From assembly GCF_018977255.1 (NCBI RefSeq), contig NW_024704742.1, positions 120,220,001-120,284,000 on the forward strand: a DNA stretch of 64,000 nucleotides. Reading direction: 5' to 3'. This document shows positions 37,745 through 51,864 of the stretch, one piece after another (position 1 is the first letter of the stretch; every line of letters starts with the position of its first letter). Under the pieces are notes generated by a model. The model made no database searches. It had not been told where the DNA came from and was given only the letters and a program-made list of their open reading frames with translations. Both the position numbers and the translations under genes were made by a program. The DNA comes from Callorhinchus milii (taxonomy: Eukaryota).

Positions 37745-38020
37745 ATAATATAATAATCCTTGCATTTGATCTAGCGCTTTTCATGTCTTCTAGACGTTTC
37801 AAAGCGCTTCACAGAATAGACTGTAAAGTGAATTGACTGTATATTTGTGGGCGAAATGCGGCAGCCAATTGCGCACAGCCAATTGCGCATGACAAATAGT
37901 CGTGGATTGAAGTGACCAATTTATTATTGTTTTTTTTTGAGGAATTATTATCAGGCGGGTGGAGGAAGGAAACTTGCCCAAGGTTTCGCCCTGTTGGGAA
38001 TCTAACCCAGGTCTCTCACA
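37745..38020 (-). mobile_element. tRNA-derived SINE, 5'-truncated
   Basis: Same body and tail as the other copies. Confidence 0.85.
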
Positions 38021-39621
38021 CTTCTGTGTGCAAATTGGTTGACACATTTGCCTACAACTACACATTACTACACATTACAGAAACTTTTTGATGTGCTTTG
38101 AGATGTTCTTGATGTTATAGACACAATATCAATGGAAGAATTATTATTACTACCTCTTCTCATTTTACCTGATTTGCCTTATAACATTCATGGCATCGCC
38201 TTAAATTTCGATTGCGTGTATTTCCATCTTTCATCTACAGTTCCTGAATGAATGAAATGCAAATTTCACCTCTTTCCAATTCTGCCTCTTTCCAATGCTG
38301 TTGTTATTCTTTTGACTCCAACTTCTGATCCAAAGGGTGGGTTAGTTTCTTTCATTCTGATAACCCTGCTACTTACCTTAGTTCCCTCAAATCATCTGAT
38401 TTTCAACCTTTTGTGGCTAAAAATATCTCTACTTCATCTCACTAAATTTATCTGCTGACACTATCATTCCCCACATCCCCATGTCTGGATAATTATACAC
38501 AATTTTTCAGCTTTCTGTCCTACAAAATCAACTATATCAATTCTAACTTCCCTCTCCTGGAATCATCAATCTTGATGACTTCAATTTTCAACATGAACAT
38601 TATTCTTTCAATAATAATCCTTGTCTTTGATACAATGCTTTTCACATCTGGATGATGTTTCAAAGCGCTTCACAGGATATACTGTACAGTATAGTGACTG
38701 TATTTTGTAGGCAAACAGCCAATTGTGAGAAATGTACCTCAAACAGCCATGAAGTGAATGACCAATTTTATTTGGAGGATTGTTGGCCAGGAAACCAGGA
38801 GAAACTTCTTCCTCTTTTCAAATAGTATCATGGAATCTTTAACTCGGTTTACCTTCTCAGCACCTCCAACTATGGCACAAATCCACAGCACTCATTGGAT
38901 GGTCAGCCTAGACTGCTTGAGTTCCAAGTCACGGCATTGGGGCCTGAGCCTACAACCTTCTGACTCAGAGAAGTCAATGCTACCAACTGAGACACACTGA
39001 CATTGTTTTACTGATATAGGAAGCCAAACAGGCACTAATGCACAACCCTTTGTTTCTCTGAACTGTCCTGTCTTATTCCACTCTGAGCACCAAGAAATGT
39101 TGTTATACATGCTCTTGCTCTTTCTTGTAGGCTCACTGCGTCAAAATCAAGATTTATCCCCCAGCGGGTCTAATTCAAGGTCCTCATTCTCACCTTTACT
39201 TCCCTTCACGCCTTGTCCCATCCTACTTCTGCAGCCTCTTACAACTCTCCTAACCTGGTCGCTCCCTTCACTCAGTAACTACTAGCCTGGTTCTGATCCC
39301 CTGCCTTGTCCACCCCACCATTGGCTCGCGAGCTTTCAGCTATTCTGCTCCCCACTCTCTGGAATTCCATCCTGGATTCCTTCCAACTCACCCCATCCTT
39401 CCCATATTCAAAGCCTGCCTCGAGACATACTATATTCTCAGTAATTTTTCTTCTGCCAATCCTCTTCAGCTCTCACCCTCTGGCTTGGGTGGCCAGCCAG
39501 CAGGGTGAAGCTCTTTCAGACATCCTTCTGATCTGGAAAATGCTATATAAATGTAAATTGTATTGGAATAACCTTTTTAGCTTACCTTAGCATGTTTTTC
39601 TCACCTACTCTTTCTGCTTTT

Positions 39622-41157
39622 CCTCCACCGCTTGTCCTCCCACCTTAACCTTCAAGGCCCTGTCCTTGAGTGGCTTAGGTCGTACCTCTCCCACCGTCTT
39701 CATTTTGTTTCCACAAACAGCTTTTCCTCCAGCCCCTGTACTGTCTCGTCCCTCAGGGCTCTGTCCTCGATCCCCTCCTCTTCACCCTCTATATGCTCCC
39801 CCTTGGTGACATCATCCGCAGACATGGGGTTAACTTCCACATGTATGCGGATGACACCCAACTCTACCTTTCCTCCGCTACCCTCAACTCCACGACCACC
39901 GATGTCCTGACAGCCTTCCTGTCCGACATTGAGTCCTGGACGAGAGACAACTTTCTTCAACTCAATGTGCGTAAAACTGAGGCCATCCTGATTGGCTCAC
40001 GTCAGCACCTCCGCACCTCAGGCGCTGACAGCATCAGCATCCAAGGCTGCACTCTCCACCTCTCAAAGTCAGTCAGGAACCTCAGTGTTCTGTTCGACCC
40101 TGAGCTGTCCTTTCTCCCTCATATCTGCGCCACAACTGGCACCGCCTTCCATCACCTCCGAAACATCGCCAGACTACGGCACTACCTCACCCCTCACGCT
40201 GCTGAAACTCTGGTCCACGCCTTTGTCACCTCAAGGCTGGACTATGGGAACTCTCTCCTCGTCGGCCTTCCCGGCACCTCCCTCCACAAGCTGCAGGTCA
40301 TTCAGAACTCTGCAACTCGTGTGCTGTCCCGCACCAGGCTTCGGGACCACATCACTCCCACCCTCGCTCGCCTCCACTGGCTCCCCATCCCCCAGAGGAT
40401 CGAATTCAAGATCCTCATCTACAAGGCCATTCACGGCCTTGCTCCCTCCTACCTCTCTGACCTACTATCCCCCTACCTACCTGCCCGTACCCTCCGTTCC
40501 TCTGGCTCCGGTCTGCTCCACATCCCCCGCCCCAACCGCCCTACCATCGGTGGCCGGGCCTTCAGCCTCTCAACCCCTAGGCTCTGGAACTCCATCCCCT
40601 GTGCCTTTGGCCTTGCTTCCTCCCTTTCCTCCTTCAAGGCCGGTCTCGAGACCTTTCTCTTTGACCGTGCCTTCACGGTCCGAGTCCTGTAGCTCAGTGG
40701 TTAGAGCACTCGCTTTGCAAGCGAGAGACCTGAGTTCAATTCCAGGCAGAGGGCGAAACCTTGGGCAAGTTTCCTTACTCCACACGCCTAATAATAATCC
40801 CTCCAAAAACAAAATCAATAATAAATTGGTCATTTTCAATCTACGACTGTTTGTGGGACATTGCTGTGCGCAATTGGCTGCCGCGTTTCGCCCACAAATA
40901 TACAGTCAATTCACTTTACAGTGTGTTCTGTAAAGCGCTTTGGGACGTCCTCCCGACGTGAAAAGCGCTATATCAAATGCAAGGATTATTATTCAGCTCC
41001 CCTCTCAACTCTCTACCCCCTCCTCGCCCCTCTCCCTTCCCTCCCCTCACCCTGACCATTTCCCCCCTGCTCGGGTCCTGACCCAACTGTCCAGCGCCTT
41101 GGGTCGTCGTCCCGACATGAAAAGCGCTCTATAAATGGAATCTTGTTGTTGTTGTTG
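39622..41157 (+). mobile_element. Young L2-clade LINE (interrupted by a SINE)
   Basis: ORF 39793..40692 (YADDTQLY...RLDYGNSLL...LHWLPI); highly similar to the 12007-13873 copy; (TTG)n tail. Confidence 0.95.
40682..40993 (+). mobile_element. tRNA-derived SINE inserted in a young L2
   Basis: Full copy splitting L2 GACCGTGCCTTCA|GCTCCCCTCTC; TTCA is present on both sides. Confidence 0.92.
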
Positions 41158-44100
41158 GATCTCAATGAAAAAAGAATCTGCAACACAGAGTACCACTGGC
41201 AGACCCCAGAAACAAACTATAAGCAACTGCAATCAATGCATGCTCCAGGGACCCTAAGTCTTGGCTCTTGCCAACCTGCGCCTAATACTTTCCGGAATTA
41301 TGTAAGCAGGATGCGTCCCTCCAGGGAGAGAACGCGCATTCCATTCCAACAATCTATCTCTGGAATTTCCATGTGGAGGTGGGAGGCCTGGAATTCTCAG
41401 TTCGATTTGGATATTGTTGAACATAGTGATGGATTTCTGCGTGTGTCGGACACCCAGCTGACCGCCCCCAAAAACGCTACACTTACATAATTGTTTTTCT
41501 GCTTATACGTATAGAAAGTATCACAAAATTGTTTTATGAACACATCTAGTGTTAATCTACCATTTATGAAATGCAATATTAATTTCCCTTTTTCTAGTGC
41601 AAAAGTCATAGTCCAAACATTTACATTTAAGGAAAACATAATAATAATAATAATAATAATCCTTGAATTTGATATAGTACTTTTCACGTCTTCTAGACGT
41701 CTCAAAGAGCTTCACAGAACAGACTGTAAAGTGAATTGATTGCATTTTTTGTGGGCGAAACATACCAACAAACTTGCCTTTGAATGTTCAAAATATCCCT
41801 CTGTTGTGTACATGGAATGATTCCTGTAAAACAAATACCTTGTTATCCCAGATGGTTAAAATTATTAACTTTGCCAGATCATTAATTGAAAACTGAACAA
41901 GAATTATAAAATTATGCAAAACATTACCTGAACTTGATTAAAAAGATGGAGGAAATGTACTAAGTGTCGAGGCATAAGGGCTCCAGGAATAATAATAACA
42001 CTAGCAAAAGTGATAATCGTATTCACAACACCAAACGACAAATCATTGTGGCGCCGAATATCTGTGTTTTTGTACAGTAGCAACAATTCTGTGAAAATCA
42101 TCAGTGCTTCATGACAGATTTATGGAACAGTGAAAACAGCTCTGTTTGAATACACCACTTCAGTCACAATCCTTTACGTTTATACAAAGTTATTACAGTT
42201 TCATATCCCCTGCGTGGAATTCGTCATTAACTCTCTCTGGTGGTCTGTCAGTTTTGAACATATATCTAATCAAAGACTTAATGGGTTACACTCCTACACC
42301 CCCCCCCCCCCCCCCGCCCCATCCCTCCCTGCCCTCTACCCCTCCTGATCCCAACCCCCAGCTCAGGTCCAAATCCCTGACTGTCCAGCGCCTTGGGGCA
42401 TCCTCCCAACTTGAAAGGCTCTATACAAATGTAATTTGTTGTTGTTGTTAATCGGGTTTCTCTCAGTTTCCTGATGTGAATTTGCAGTCACTTACTTTGT
42501 CTGTGGTTTGAGCCACAAGGTGGCGTTCTCTAAACAAACCCAGGGAATCAATCCTCAGTTTAGTCAAATGATTGTCTGGATATGAACTGTTCCAATTTTT
42601 TGCACACTCCCCTGGGAATGAGGGTGAGAGACATATTTTACCTGGTAGTTCCCAGGAATTGGTTATATAGTAAATGATTATCACAGAAGCAGATCAACAT
42701 ACTTTATGCAATCTGGAACTTTATCATACTGTGATGTCTGACTCATCATATGAGACCCAGACTGGAACATGCAAAACATTTGTTTTCTTTGAAAGAGCCT
42801 TTCTAGCAAAGACTATCATTAGATTTCTTGCATCTGTGTTCCTCTTGTAGGTTAATTATTTTGCCAGCAATAATGATTGGGATTCAATTTCACCAGCACC
42901 GAAATACAGACAACTGAGTGAATAAAGAAAAATGTGAAATTAATATTTGTGTTTATTTGCCTGGTACCCAGTGTTATTGTTGGGGCGAGAGCATACACAC
43001 ATTTTTACGTGTTGGGTGAGTGTTTGTTGAAAAGCTTCTTCCCTGTAATTACTTTTCTTGACATTAAAGATGTCAGGTCCGGATTCATAGTTCAGGGCGA
43101 ATATTTATTGCAAACAAACAAGCGTTTCACCGATTCGACATAACATATGGAGTGTGTTTATTTGAAATTGTCAATACCCACCACAGGATGTACTTATACC
43201 TTCTAGACTTGTTTGGCGTGGAGCCAAGTAATGAGAAGGTCACGTTGAGGACTAGCGGCTGTGGAGACTGATGCGTTTCCCTTTCACCCCCCAACCCCCC
43301 TAAGAAAGCTGGACAACACGGGCTCACTCACGACCTTTAAATCATCGAGAAGGCCAGTTAAACCTTCCAGAGACCACCAAAGGACTTACACCTACTACCT
43401 CCGGCGTGGGTTGGGACAGGCTAATGGGAATAAAGCCTGATCCCCACCAATGCTCAGGAATGACACAGAATGCTCGGAAACTTTGCATCTTGTCTGTTTT
43501 TTTCAGATGTTGCGTGGCTCACCGAGTGGGGGCACGATTTTAAAAGAATTTCTCAAAGAACTTCTCCCCAGCTCAGAAGTTGGAAAGCAAATCTATCACT
43601 TGAAATCACTGGAAGTCCACGCAGCTTTACAGTGCATTTGTGCCTTAAATGTATGAAACGGATACATGCATATATTTTAACCCCCCACCCCCCCCACACC
43701 CCCACCCATAACACACATAGATTCAAATCAAACTGCATACCAGAACAGCTTACAATAACATGCCTTGCCTTCTGATCAGTTTAGTCTCCTTTGTTTATTG
43801 AAATAAAAATGCAAGTACACAAATAATCCGACGTGCCTTTGTTTCACAACTGTATTGGACACGTTTCACTAAAATGTGGTATCATTAACACAATTAGCAG
43901 TGTGACTGCAATGCAATGTAAAATATTTGCGAGCTACAAGGACTTGGTGCCCATCCGCACATCATTATAATTGTATTAAAGAGAATCAACCCAATGCATA
44001 CAGCAACTGCTGTATATGAGTAGTTACCGACGGTTTTACAAACGGTTGCAAAGCCAAGTTCCAAACCAGTAGTCCTTTCATATAAAAAATTCTCCTTTAT

Positions 44101-44389
44101 TCCTCCTCCCCCCCCACCCCACCCTGATTTAAAGCTTTGCTCCTGGTGGTACTAAAAGAAAATTCGCTTATTTATGGTTTGCATTACTCAATTCAGTTGT
44201 TTTTTTCAAATTCACAATAAAATCTAAAGCGTTATTATCGGTGGGACCCACATGCAGTGATTGCCCAATGTCATTTTAACCTCCAAACGGTGAACCAGTA
44301 ACTCCACCACATTTCGATTGAACTTGCTGCCAAGTTCTGGCAGCTTTTCATTGACTTGGGTTTTCTTTTGATATTGCACTCAGCTAAGC

Positions 44390-44422
<33 letters not shown>

Positions 44423-44900
44423 TATTGCAGACCCGCCTTACACTCGCCACGGGGATGCGCATCGTTTATCGATGCAATGCTTTATTTTTTTCCCCGCACG
44501 GCGATTTGGAAGCCGACGGAGGTTTGCAAATGCCATCACCCCCTGTGAACCCGCAAACCAGATCACCAGCAATGACCCCCCCCCAAAAAAAAGCACGAAA
44601 ATCCCTTCACGTTTTGCAGAGCCGCGATTTCAAACGGTTCATCCAAAAAAGCACTGCGCGCCGCTCCTCTCACTCAACGTGTGATCCGCTTAAGGTGCGT
44701 CTCGTTGGTCGGTGCTGTGCCTTTGCTGCACCGAGACCCCGGTGCAGATTCCACCCGAAGTATTTACCACCGGGGACAGACGGCTTTTGAATATTTTTTA
44801 AAAAAAAACACGTGCAGAATAATTTGCTGCTCCATTCGATGGGGCATTAATGTGCTTTCCCGGTGCCAAACGCCAAAGCGCCTCCCAGAGCGATGGGGAC

Positions 44901-45052
44901 GTGTGTGTGTGTGTGTGTGTGTGTGTCTGTCTGTGTGTGTGTGTGTGTGTCTGTGTGTGTGTGTGTGTGTCTGTGTGTGTGTCTGTGTGTGTGTGTCTGT
45001 GTGTGTGTGTGTCTGTGTGTGTGTGTGTGTGTGTCTGTGTGTGTGTGTGTGT
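44901..45052. repeat. (TG)n microsatellite with TC interruptions
   Basis: About 150 bp of alternating TG. Confidence 0.95.
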
Positions 45053-45849
45053 GGGGGGGGGGATTGGGGCGGCGGCTGGAATGCAAACGGTTAAAACGGG
45101 ACCTCCGCGCACACGGGAGTACCTCATTTACATCGTGTTTTGGGAGAGTAGAGAGAGAAAGAGAGAGAGAGTAGTAGTAGTAGTAGAGTAGTAGTAGAGC
45201 TTCGAGGACTAACGACCGCGGTTGAACTCTGCGCAAAGTTTTAACACCAAACCGCGAAGGAGACCCCCACCCCACCCACCCCACCCACAACCCCCCCACC
45301 CCCGGGGGCACCAGCGCTGGAAGGACAACACGAGAGCCCATCACAGCTGCCGTCTCACTGCAGACAACAGCAATCCGGGGGCAGAGTTCCCCTCCACCAC
45401 CACCACCACAACACCCCGACCCTCTCTCTCTCTCTCTCAGCTCAGGAGACTGAGGCGTATTGTTTTTAACGCTTTGAATTCAAACCCCCCCCCACCCCCA
45501 GCACCACCCCCCCCCAGCACCACCCCCCCCACCCCCAGCAACCCCCCCCCACAGCCCCAGCACCACCCCCCACCCCGGGGGGGGGGCAGCAGCGCACCTC
45601 CTCCCGATTGCAACCCCCCCCCTCCCCCGACCCCGCGGTGATGCGGCGGGAGCGCTCCGTCAGCTCCATCGGCTGCGGCGGCAGCGTAACGCTTTCTGCA
45701 AAGTCAGACTGCGCCCGGGGGTCCCCCTCTGTCAGCCTCACCCTAAGCGGACCCCTCGGTCTCCCCCCCCAACCCCCCCTTCACGTGATCCGCGAGACAT
45801 GCGCACAAGCCCCTGTCTGTGCAAAGGCACATCTGCATTTTCACTGACG

Positions 45850-46511
45850 TAAGTACGCTCTCCAACTCCAGCTCCAGCTCTCCAGCCCCAGCTCTGCAGC
45901 CCCAGCTCCAGCCCTCCAGCTCTGCAGCTCCCCTCCAGCCCTCCAGCTCTGCAGCTCCCCTCCAGCCCTCCAGCTCTGCAGCTCCCCTCCAGCCCTCCAG
46001 CTCTGCACAGCTCTCCACAGCTCTCCACAGTTGCCAGATTGCAAGTCTAAACTTGGCTGGGGGCCGGCACTCAGATCGGGGACTGTTTCATATACTTTTC
46101 CTTTGCATTGCCTTTGCTTTGCTTCTCCCACTGCTCGAGAGCTTTGTGCTGAGCTGTGAGCTGAGCTGAGCTGAGCTGCCTGGGAATACAGGAGGCAGTG
46201 AAGGGTGGTGGTGGGGGGGGAAAAAAACCCTATGTTGGTTGGTTGGTGGTGGCTGATGGCATCCCAGTTTCTGCCAAGTCAGTAACTCCAGTAAGCCCAC
46301 CCCCCCCCCCCCCCCCCCTTCCCGACCCCCCCTCTCTCCTCCCCTCTCTCTCCCCCTCTCCAAACTGCAGGATTCTGCTGTGGATGAAAATAACTCTTGT
46401 GGTTTCGAGAGAGTAGAATTGGTTGGTGCGGATCGCCTGTGTGAGTGAGTGAGTGTACGGTCTATTGTTTGAAAGCTGCAGTAAAACCTTCCCAGAATGA
46501 AGATGAAAACG
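45850..46511 (+). other. ADAMTS6: Probable non-coding ADAMTS6 exon 1 (start uncertain)
   Basis: Inside the CpG island with a candidate donor AACG|GTAAAG at 46511/46512. The ATG exon begins with a splice acceptor, so an upstream UTR exon is required. Start and donor are inferred. Confidence 0.45.
45857..46030. repeat. 27-bp tandem repeat
   Basis: CAGCTCTGCAGCTCCCCTCCAGCCCTC repeated about 3-4 times with degenerate flanks. Confidence 0.85.
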
Positions 46512-46571
46512 GTAAAGGCTAATAACATTCGTCTTCACCCTTTGTCTATTCCTAAATTATTGGTGTATTTC

Positions 46572-46605
<34 letters not shown>

Positions 46606-47241
46606 CAACAACTGCCGGTTGCATTGCAAGATAATAGCATTAGACACTGGAATAGTTTAAAGTATTACTGTCGTGATTTTTTTTGCTGCAAAAAGCGTTC
46701 AGGCTGCAGGAACTGTTTGGCTTTTAGGTGGACGTGCGTTTAAAATTCACGGCGTTGCATTTTTAAGTGTGGGGTTTCTCGCGTTGTAAGTAAGTAGTTT
46801 ACAATTCTCTACTCTTAAGCAGCAATAAACGATATGTAGCTGTGATTTACTGTGGACCTCGTGTGATTTGCAAGCTTTGGGGGATGCGTAGCTCCAATTA
46901 ACCGGAATGCGGGGAGTGTGACTGCAATGTATTTTTTTTTGTGTGTGTGTGTGTGTGTGTGTGCATAATTGAAGCAAGACTTTAAAGTGTGTGTGTGTGT
47001 GTAAAAAAAAAGGCGCAGCGCTTCCAATTATTTCATTGTTGTAGAGACTCTTGTTTGTATTTGAGCTGCCGGTGTAATGTATTTGGGCCAAATGCCAACT
47101 GTCTGGGTCACACGCGTTTTATCCAAATAGATTTAGAGCTGCTGTCTGGGAATGGGCTGCTGAATGTTACTTTATATCGGCGATCCGAACCCCATTGCTT
47201 TTCCCCCCTGTGCAGCGAAAAGTGCATTTTCTCCTCTCTCT

Positions 47242-47283
<42 letters not shown>

Positions 47284-48954
47284 GATGCACAAACCCTGCT
47301 TTTGAATGGTTAAGTTAACCGGAGGGCACCGTGTGTTTTTGCAGTGTCTCGCCTTTTTTTTTCGTAGCTCCTTCGCTGAGAATGTGGGGTTGTCCAGCAG
47401 AAGGCTGACAGCTCCTGGAAAGCTTACTCGGCACGACGTAAGGAAGCGAGAGCACAGGTTTAGAAGCCAAACCCGAACTCCTGGTGACGTCTTCAGAGTT
47501 TTGCTTTTAATTTCAGAGTATCAGTGCTCTGATTTTGCTTTCAAAAAAAAATAAGCCAAACGCACTTGATCCCCCAGTAAGATCAAACACCCCCCCCCCC
47601 CCGTGTCTTCTGCATTCATTATATTGGAGTTTTTTTGTGTGTGTGTGTGTGTGAAAAAAAGAAACTATATATTGTGGGGGGGAGGGGGGAAAAAAAACCC
47701 TATTGCTAGAAATATTTTTTTTCAGAATTCGTGCAAGAGAGGCGATTTCTGCTCTCGGATGCGAAACTATTTAAAGGGGGAGCAGTTTGCTCACAACATA
47801 TTTTCGAACATTAACTGCAGACAGGGTCTGCAAAGTTTAATTCAGTCACTGCGCCTCCTCCTGCAGTGTCCTAGCAACACACACATTGCCTGATCTTGCT
47901 TGCACAGTTTTTTTTTAAAAAAACTTTATGATTAGTGCTTATCTCAAATCTTCAATGGCTTCGTCACTGCTCCAGAGTTTGCACGTAACCACAGTCTTTT
48001 TGAATGCAATGTAAGTGTGTGTGTGTGTGTGTGGGGGGGTGGGTGTGTGTCCCCTGACTCTAATGGTCAGCACTTGTTCATCGTTGCATTGACTTTCTGG
48101 GCTGTTACTTTCTCTCTGTGAAATTGCAATCTGCTTATCAAAGGATCATTAAGGCAGAACGAAATATAACGTCGTTCATTTCACTCTTTTCAGTGACTGA
48201 CAGGAATTCATATCCCGTGTCGGCGTTTTAGAAACGTGTAATCATTTTTGACACCGACTTGGATGAAACCAGTTTCATATAAGCAAAGGAATGTTATATC
48301 GCAGTCTGTATATTTTTTACACACACACTCTTCCAAATCGTTTGAGGTGCGCCAAGGAAATGTCGTCAAGAGTGTATTGCACTCAGCAATGCTCACATCC
48401 CCCCCCCACCCCCCATTTTTTTTTGCAAAAAAAAAACCCAAAATACTTCAAAGATTTTTTTTTGCAGCCTTGGTGAGTGGGAGCCCTTTGCTCTGGCTCC
48501 TGTCTGCTCTGAGGCTCGCTCGCCTGCTGGCCCCTCTGCAGTGCCTGGAGCTTGCCAATCTGGCTGCTCCTCTGTTAACGCTCACTCTCAGGCTTTGCCT
48601 CAGACCCCAATTCAACCCACTCGCTGCAACCTTTTTTTCTAATTGCTTTAAGCTCCCTATCAGTCGCCCCCCCCACCTTTCATTGTGGTGGGTGGGGGTG
48701 GGGGGGGGGGGGCGACTGATAGACTGATACAGCGCCTTGGGACGTCCTCCTGACGTGAAAGGCGCGTTATAAATGGAATCTTGTTGTTGTTGTTGTTGGT
48801 CTGTGGTTTCTTTGCTCTGGTCCTATCTATGTCGCTGCTACTTGCTCTGATTCCTGTCCTGCTCCCAGCCCACTCCAGCTCTCCCTGTCTTGCAAGGTTC
48901 TGGCATCAACCTGGTGTCACCTGAGTCTGCTGTTTTGCTTTCCTGTTTGGCATA

Positions 48955-49440
48955 TATCTCCTGGGATTTACTCTGCTGTTACTCTGATTCTTTCCTTGTC
49001 AAGGGATTTAGTCTGGTGTCGGCCTTTTTCTCCCCTTAACTTCTGGGATTTACTCTTGTGTCACTCTGATTCTATAATAATAATCCTTGCATTTGATATA
49101 GCACTTTTCATGTCTTCTAGCCGTCTCAAAGCGCTTCACAGAATATGCTGTAAAGTGAATTGACTGTACATTTGTGGGTGAAACGTGGCAGCCAATTGCG
49201 CACAGCAGTGTCCCACAAACAGTTGTGGATTGAAATGACCAATTTATTATTGTTTTTTTTGGAGGAATTATTAGGCATGTGGAGTAAGGAAATTCTCTAT
49301 CTCTTGGGATTTGCTCTGGTGTCACTCTGAATTCTCTCTGTATCTCCTAGGATTTACTCTGCTGTCACTCTGATTCTCTGTATCTCCTGGGCTTTACTCT
49401 GGTGTCACTCTAGTTCTCCCCATGCCTCCTGATGTTTATT
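48955..49440. repeat. Degenerate about 40-bp minisatellite
   Basis: Unit like TCTCCTGGGATTTACTCTGCTGTCACTCTGATTCTCTGTA, interrupted by a SINE. Confidence 0.7.
49074..49292 (-). mobile_element. SINE 3' part inserted in a degenerate minisatellite
   Basis: Same family tail and body. Confidence 0.85.
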
Positions 49441-51864
49441 CTAGTGCCATTTTGATTCTCCCTGTATTTCATGGAGGTGGTCTAAGCTTCACCCTGATCT
49501 TGATAGGCCTGGTATTGATTACCTTTGCTCTGGCTGTCCATGCATTGTTCAATGCAAACTCTAGGCTTCCCCTCACTCGTTGACTTTAGACTCTTGCTCC
49601 TTCTTAAAGCTAAGTATTATCTAGGCCTGAGTTTCTCTGGCTCTGAGCTCACTCCACCTCTCATCTTGTCAGCCAATGCTCACTTTCACTCTCATTTATC
49701 AGAGCTTTTCATGCTGTTGCTTCAGTTTTTCTTTGGTTCTAGGATTTGCTATCACTGTATTGCTGAAGCTCACACCATGTTTCTCTGTATTACTAAGGGC
49801 TTGATCTTAAACTGGTTCAGGTTTGTACTTCCATATCCCTGGAGTGCACTCAACTCACATTTGTTCTCAAGAAGGATGTAGATAGGCATGTGAAAGAGAG
49901 AAGGTTGAAGGAGTGTGGGGATAAGGCAGGCAGTGGGATTGATGCAATATCCTTGCTGTGACCCAGTGCAGGCTTGTTGGGCAGAATGGCCTCCTTTGGT
50001 GCTGTCGATTTCTGTTATTTTATCCAGAAGTTATTTTCTGCATCCTTTCCCAGTGTTGGCAGGCTCATTCTGGTAAGATGACTATGATGGTTGGAACTTG
50101 TTCCAATTTTCTATGAGCCGCCCTGTGAGTTGAATCTCTGTGTGTTTCTGGAACTTGTTGCGCTCATTGTACTTGTGCTGTCCAGCCTCTCCTTGTGAGC
50201 CAACTTTCTGTGTGTCACTTGGGACCTGCTTTCATTCTATGTTGTCCAGGCTTGCCCTTGCAATGGAAGCTCATTTTAGTTTACATTTGTTCTGCTTAAG
50301 TTGCTGTCTAGGACTTGCTTTTGCTATCTCTCTGCGCTGCCTAGAGTTTGTTCTGAGCTCTGATTTTCTCTCTCCTTGTCTCTCTCTTCTTTGTCACGGT
50401 TATCTCCTGCTCCAAGGGAGGAATGGGAGGGTGGAGGCTTGTTGTTGGCCTCTTCTGTAGTGTTCAGTGGATGATAAGGACTTTCTGTAAACTTATCTGA
50501 ACAGCAACATCCCACAAGCAGAAATAAAATGTAGGACAAATTAACCTGTTTGGGCTAAATTTGGAAGAGGAAGGAAAATTGGCTAGGCCATTGGGAATCA
50601 GTTTCAAAACAGTGACTTGAGGACATCCATCTGAACTACCAGATGGGATTCAAATCCTCATCACAAGAACTGTACTTCGGGCAATGCAGCATTCCCGGAG
50701 TGTTGCACTGCAGTGTCAGCCTAGATTATGAGCTAAAATCTTGGTCAAAGGTGAGCGTGCTGCTACCTGGGGCAAACTGATATTTGTGTTTGCTGGCATT
50801 TTCCCTCACCCTAACTGATTGCATGTTCATTGGGTGGGGCATGCTTCCTAAGTTGTTTGGTGCATCTGGCAAGCTCCATTTCTCTGGTTGTTGCTGTCTG
50901 GGGTTGCTTTGTAGCTTTGACCTTGATTTGCAAGTTGCTGATTAGGGAATTGCTATCACTCTGTCTCTTGGTTTCCCTGTGCTACATAGAGGCTGACTCG
51001 AGCTCACTTTTACTCTCCTGGTGCTCTGGGCTCTCCGGCTTTAGCAACTTCTCATTTAATCCTTGCTGCCTGAAGCCTGCTCAATGCTGCTTATCCTGTG
51101 TGTTTTCCCATGGGCATTGCCTTTTCTATGTTCCAATAGTGCATGCTCTATGTTGCCATTTTCCCCATTCCACCCCTACCCTGTGTGAGATCTCCTGATG
51201 CTGGATTCAGCTCTTTCTTGCCAGTCTGTTGTTCCTAAGGGCTTGTACTAGGCTCCAATTCTCTTTTATCCTCCGCCTTGATGCTTCCTCAAATGATCTT
51301 AGCTCTGCTCCAATCTCCCAATCTTCTGACATTGGCTTCAGATTCCCAATTGTCCAGTGCTTGCTCTGTGCTTCCATTTGCAACAACAACATCAACAACC
51401 TTAGTTTATACAGCACCTTTCACTTAGGATAAAGTCTAGAAATGCTTCACAAACACGGTCAGAGGCTGCCCAAGGGAGGAATGGGAGGGTGGAGGGAGAC
51501 GGCCATAGACCCAGTTGAAGAAGTAGTTTTTTTGGCATGACTTATTCCAGGCTCCTACTCTTGGGGAGTCTCGCTCTATGCTCCTGGATGGATCTTAATC
51601 CAAACTACTGCTCTCCTGGGCTGAGCTTGTTTCAAGCCATGATTCACCCTAGTAGAATCTGCTCTGGGCTCCCATTCTCTTCAATGAAGCCTGCTGCAGG
51701 CCATTAAGAAATGCCTTGCTCTAGATGGCAATTCTCCTAGCAGTTATTATCCTGGGAAACACTTGCTAAAAGCTCCTATTCTCCTGGGTGAGGCTTCCAC
51801 TTGGCTTCCAATCTCCTGGGATAGGCTGCCATTCATCTCAGAGAGGCTTGGTCTGGCTCCCACT

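Larger units (their letters stand above)
44430..47560. promoter_or_regulatory. CpG island / ADAMTS6 promoter region
   Basis: Sharp rise in CpG and GC content; E-box TCACGTGA at 45781, CRE-like TGACGTAA at 45845, and many simple repeats; lies upstream of the ADAMTS6 ATG exon. Confidence 0.7.

Noticed and set aside
43405..43446. Hairpin GGGACAGGC...GCCTGATCCC as a structured ncRNA
   Set aside because: A single short imperfect stem with no recognisable RNA family features.
44681..45344. Poly-CV / poly-HT ORFs
   Set aside because: These are translations of the (TG)n microsatellite.
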